DNA of 64,000 nucleotides from assembly GCA_016187385.1 (NCBI GenBank), contig JACPJU010000001.1, forward strand, positions 101,956-165,955, in the 5' to 3' direction. Position numbers and translations under genes: made by a program. A model generated the notes under the pieces. It saw nothing but the letters and a program-made list of their open reading frames with translations. It made no database searches and was not told where the DNA came from. Source of the stretch: Candidatus Aenigmatarchaeota archaeon (GTDB taxonomy: Archaea > Aenigmatarchaeota > Aenigmatarchaeia > CG10238-14 > SCSR01). Position 1 is the stretch's first letter. Each line of letters begins with the position of its first letter. This document shows, one piece after another, positions 61,222 through 64,000 of this stretch.

Positions 61222-61246
61222 ATATTTTCATCAGTCAATTAATCTT

Positions 61247-62293
61247 ATGCTCTTTGAAGAAGAATCGAAAATTTTCAAGAACGAGGACATGCTTTCGCCT
61301 GAATATTTGCCGGAGGTGCTTCCTCATAGAGAGAATCAGATAAAACAACTGGCGGATAATCTCTTACCTGCAAGCAAGGGGAGAAAACCTATAAACACAT
61401 TCATTCACGGTCCGCCTGGAATTGGAAAAACCGCTTCGGCCAGATATGTCTTCAGGGAGCTCGAGAATTATTCTGGGATAAAAACCATCTACATCAATTG
61501 CTGGGACCACAATACGTCTCTTGCGATTCTTTCGAAGATTGTTTCTGATTTCGGGATGTTTGTACAGAGAAGGGGATGGGCCAAGGATGAAGTCATTTCA
61601 CGCTTGACGGAAGTATTGGAGAAATCGAAAAAGTCTCTGTTGATATGCCTAGACGAAGTCGACCAGCTGATATACAAGGACCAGAAAGTTCTGTATGATT
61701 TGCTGAGATTGAACCAGTATGTGAAGAATCCCATAGGAATGATTTTTATTTCAAACAATCCGCATGCCTTTGCAGGTCTTGAAAACAGGATAATAAGCAG
61801 CCTTGGCATGGATGAAATCGAATTCAAATCTTATACGTTGCAGGAAATGAAAAATATTCTTCAAGAAAGGTCGTCTTATGGTTTTCGTTCAGTCGAGGAA
61901 GGCGTCGTTGCTCTCGCCTGCGCACATGCTTTAAACAAAGGCGGGGATGTGAGAATAGGACTGGAATCTTTGCTGAAGGCTGGGAGGCTTGCTGAAAGGG
62001 ATGCAAGCGACAAAGTAAAAGTTGAACATGTGAAAAAAGTTTTGAAAGATGTGAAAGAAACCAAGCCACAGATTCTGAAAGAGAATATCACGGATGTGGA
62101 AAAATTGATTTTAGAAATTGTAGATAAAAATAAAATAACTTTTGACGATTTGTATGAAGAATATTCTAAATCAGTGGAGAAGCCTTTGACGAAAAGAATG
62201 TTTCGTGAATATGTAAATCATCTAAATGAAATAAATTTGGTGAAAATAGGCCAGAGGAAATCCGACAGGAGCAGGTTCATTTCAAAAGTTTGA
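61247..62293 (+). CDS. orc1: Orc1/Cdc6 replication initiator
   Basis: LPHRENQIKQLADNL, Walker A HGPPGIGKTASARYV, Walker B LLICLDEVD, and a C-terminal winged helix. Confidence 0.88.
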   Translation: MLFEEESKIFKNEDMLSPEYLPEVLPHRENQIKQLADNLLPASKGRKPINTFIHGPPGIGKTASARYVFRELENYSGIKTIYINCWDHNTSLAILSKIVSDFGMFVQRRGWAKDEVISRLTEVLEKSKKSLLICLDEVDQLIYKDQKVLYDLLRLNQYVKNPIGMIFISNNPHAFAGLENRIISSLGMDEIEFKSYTLQEMKNILQERSSYGFRSVEEGVVALACAHALNKGGDVRIGLESLLKAGRLAERDASDKVKVEHVKKVLKDVKETKPQILKENITDVEKLILEIVDKNKITFDDLYEEYSKSVEKPLTKRMFREYVNHLNEINLVKIGQRKSDRSRFISKV

Positions 62294-62699
62294 CCGTCTG
62301 CTTTTCATTCTCCCAATATAATAATTTTAACGCTTCACCAACTGGAAACCAGCCGCTTTCTACAATCTCCCTGTCGCCGTCCCAGTGGAGAGTTGGCTTT
62401 TCATTCATGTTGCCTTTCACAAGATAGCTTGTCACAGTGTGTCTTGTGTTCATGAATAAGAATTCGTACATGTTTATTTTTTTGATTATTTTGATGTCCC
62501 TGAGCTCGACTTCCTCGAGAATCTCGCGCTTTAATGCGTCTTCTAGAGTTTCTCCCTTCTCAACTCCGCCTTTGACCAGTCTCCATGTGTCTCTTCTCTT
62601 TGATTTGTCGTAGAATTTTATCAGGAAGACTTTCTTCTCGCCGTTGATTTCATCGAAAATAAGGGCCTGAACATCCTGCCGAGTTTTCATAGAATACAT
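62277..62699 (-). CDS. NUDIX hydrolase
   Basis: Nudix box KGGVEKGETLEDALKREILEEVEL. Confidence 0.7.
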   Translation of the reverse strand: MYSMKTRQDVQALIFDEINGEKKVFLIKFYDKSKRRDTWRLVKGGVEKGETLEDALKREILEEVELRDIKIIKKINMYEFLFMNTRHTVTSYLVKGNMNEKPTLHWDGDREIVESGWFPVGEALKLLYWENEKQTVKLLK

Positions 62700-62749
62700 A
62701 CTCTATAATCTCTTTAAATAATTTAAGGATAGGTTGATAATACTGAAGA

Positions 62750-62869
62750 AGCGGGAAGCTATCATAGCGAGGTAACCTATAAGGATAGAGCAGCCTGGAG
62801 TTACTATTTAACAGTATGCTCGTCGGGCTCATAACCCGGAGGCCGAAGGTTCAAATCCTTCTCCCGCTA
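62750..62869 (+). tRNA. initiator tRNA-Met(CAT) with two insertions in the acceptor/D region (about 29 nt near 7/8; about 16 nt in the D-loop)
   Basis: AGCGGGA [AGCTATCATAGCGAGGTAACCTATAAGGA] TA GAGC AGCCTGG[AGTTACTATTTAACAG]TAT GCTC G TCGGG CTCATAA CCCGG AGGCC GAAGG TTCAAAT CCTTC TCCCGCT A. A1-U72 and three G-C pairs at the base of the anticodon stem are initiator hallmarks. Confidence 0.65.
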
Positions 62870-63234
62870 TTACCTTTATTCCATAGGTCAAAATACTTTC
62901 TAAATATTCCATAATCTGCTTTTTTAATTTTCGGTAAATATTTATCGAAAAATTCTATAACCTTTTCAATATCCTCTTTTGATCTAACTTGCAATCTGTA
63001 CATTCTTTTTCTTCTTTTTATTAAATCTTTCATTCTAACAACTTCTAATATAGGAGATTGCAAATCCAAAGTGTTTTTGATAGATTCCAATATCTCTTTG
63101 TTTGTGTTGAATACTAGAAATTGTGGCCTAATTCGGTTTTTAGGATATTTTACTAGATTAAATGTTCCTTCACCATCTACAAATCCAACTATATAATGTG
63201 GCTCTAATTTAAGTTTTTCCATCATTTTTATCAC
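62851..63234 (-). CDS. free-standing single-motif LAGLIDADG homing endonuclease-like protein
   Basis: HYIVGFVDGEGTFNL is a LAGLIDADG motif. 127 aa. The 3' end overlaps the 3' end of the initiator tRNA by 19 nt on the opposite strand. Confidence 0.65.
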   Translation of the reverse strand: MIKMMEKLKLEPHYIVGFVDGEGTFNLVKYPKNRIRPQFLVFNTNKEILESIKNTLDLQSPILEVVRMKDLIKRRKRMYRLQVRSKEDIEKVIEFFDKYLPKIKKADYGIFRKYFDLWNKGNSGRRI

Positions 63235-63381
63235 GAATTTAGTTTATCGTGTTATGTGTATCCGACTTTGGGAGGGGTTCATTTCCCACATCTTTTGAGA
63301 AGAAGGTAATACAAATCTTATATAAGTTAATAGAACCAAAGCACGCTTGATTTTCACGAGAAATTCCCTAAATTGTTATTT

Positions 63382-63900
63382 TTAGTGATACTTAACAACT
63401 TTATACCTCACTTGCACTTCGTTCTCTGCGAATCTATTAACTTTCAGTAATTTAAGCTCTGCATTAAAATAATCGCCATCAAACAATCTAACACCAGTGG
63501 TGAATGCTCTTGGCATTAAATCAATCCATATTTCATCAACAAGCTTTTCTTTCATGAAACTAGAGCTTAAATGTCCACCACTAACTATTACGTTATCGAA
63601 TCCTTTCTTTTCTAACATACGTAAAACTTCTTTTGGCGTAGAGTTCGTAAATATGACTTTATTACCCCACTTATTTTCGATTTTTCGCTTAGTCATTACC
63701 ACATTCAAACAATCATAAGGAAACGCGCCTGTTCTCAGACTTACCTCATACGTTCGTCTACCCATTATAAATACTCCTACTTTTTTAATCTCTTTCAGAT
63801 AGAATTCCCAAGATTTATCGGATATGAAACTATAATCTTGCTCGTCTTCCATTGAAATAAGTCCATTTACTGTCGGAATAGAATAAATTATTACCTTCAT
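63382..63900 (-). CDS. RibD C-terminal domain / dihydrofolate reductase family protein
   Basis: MKVIIYSIPTVNGLIS...VFIMGRRTYE...VIVSGGHLSSSFMKEKLVDEIWIDLMPRAFTTGVRLF is the typical RibD_C pattern. Confidence 0.7.
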   Translation of the reverse strand: MKVIIYSIPTVNGLISMEDEQDYSFISDKSWEFYLKEIKKVGVFIMGRRTYEVSLRTGAFPYDCLNVVMTKRKIENKWGNKVIFTNSTPKEVLRMLEKKGFDNVIVSGGHLSSSFMKEKLVDEIWIDLMPRAFTTGVRLFDGDYFNAELKLLKVNRFAENEVQVRYKVVKYH

Positions 63901-63953
63901 AGATTGTCCTTCTCTTTCATATTTTTAAATAGTGAAAGTTTTATTTATCATAC

Positions 63954-64000
63954 GGGTTCGTAGTCTAGTGGTTAGGACAGTGCCCTTACAAGGCGCAAAC
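63954..64000 (+). tRNA. tRNA-Val(TAC), 5' part (truncated by window end)
   Basis: GGGTTCG TA GTCT AGTGGTTA GGAC A GTGCC CTTACAA GGCGC AAAC... Confidence 0.7.

Noticed and set aside
61221-62300. Replication origin next to orc1/cdc6.
   Set aside because: Flanking spacers are only about 25 nt upstream and overlapped downstream. No ORB-like repeats or AT-rich unwinding element are visible nearby.
1-64000. Looked for CRISPR arrays, rRNA genes, IS elements or transposases, integrases, and known multi-gene defence systems (CBASS, Thoeris, BREX and similar).
   Set aside because: No direct-repeat/spacer arrays, no rRNA-like sequence and no transposase or integrase motifs were seen. The only defence-type content is HicAB and the GCGC R-M/Vsr module.

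Overview
This 64 kb window is an AT-rich archaeal chromosome segment. Archaeal markers include the L18e-L13-S9-RpoN-RpoK and Pus10-L21e-RpoF-DUF655 clusters, aEF-1beta, Pth2, class I LysRS, Orc1/Cdc6, Hef, prefoldin alpha, FtsY plus SRP54, and CDC48. The compact gene packing, nuclease and adhesin-like surface proteins and heavily interrupted tRNA genes suggest a small-genome, DPANN-like lineage, but that is inference only. About 85 protein genes are supported, plus 9 tRNA genes (one cut by the window end), 7 of which carry insertions, often short and at non-canonical positions. There are two LAGLIDADG-containing inteins (in CDC48 and in Pus10) and one free-standing LAGLIDADG gene. An accessory stretch at about 14.6-20.3 kb holds membrane proteins and a bacterial-type GCGC restriction-modification module (M.HhaI-like, R.HinP1I-like, Vsr). 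A co-directional envelope cluster at 40-48 kb contains an S-layer candidate and an ica/pga-like GT2 plus deacetylase pair. At 32-36 kb there is an atypical orotate-to-UMP operon. The observations most worth follow-up:
- A roughly 80-nt element present twice (419-501 and 16243-16317), with covarying helices, at the predicted 5' ends of two minus-strand transcripts. It is a candidate new structured RNA.
- Three conserved genes (rpoN, DUF460, COG2888 Zn-ribbon) whose conserved N-termini have no ATG/GTG/TTG codon but do have an SD-like GGTG motif, implying near-cognate initiation.
- An intein placed next to the Pus10 catalytic motif.
- A fused, asymmetrically degenerate tandem OPRT.
- A C12 tract abutting the TATA box of the CDC48 operon.

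No CRISPR array, rRNA gene or IS element was seen. All family assignments come from motif recognition by eye. No database search was run.
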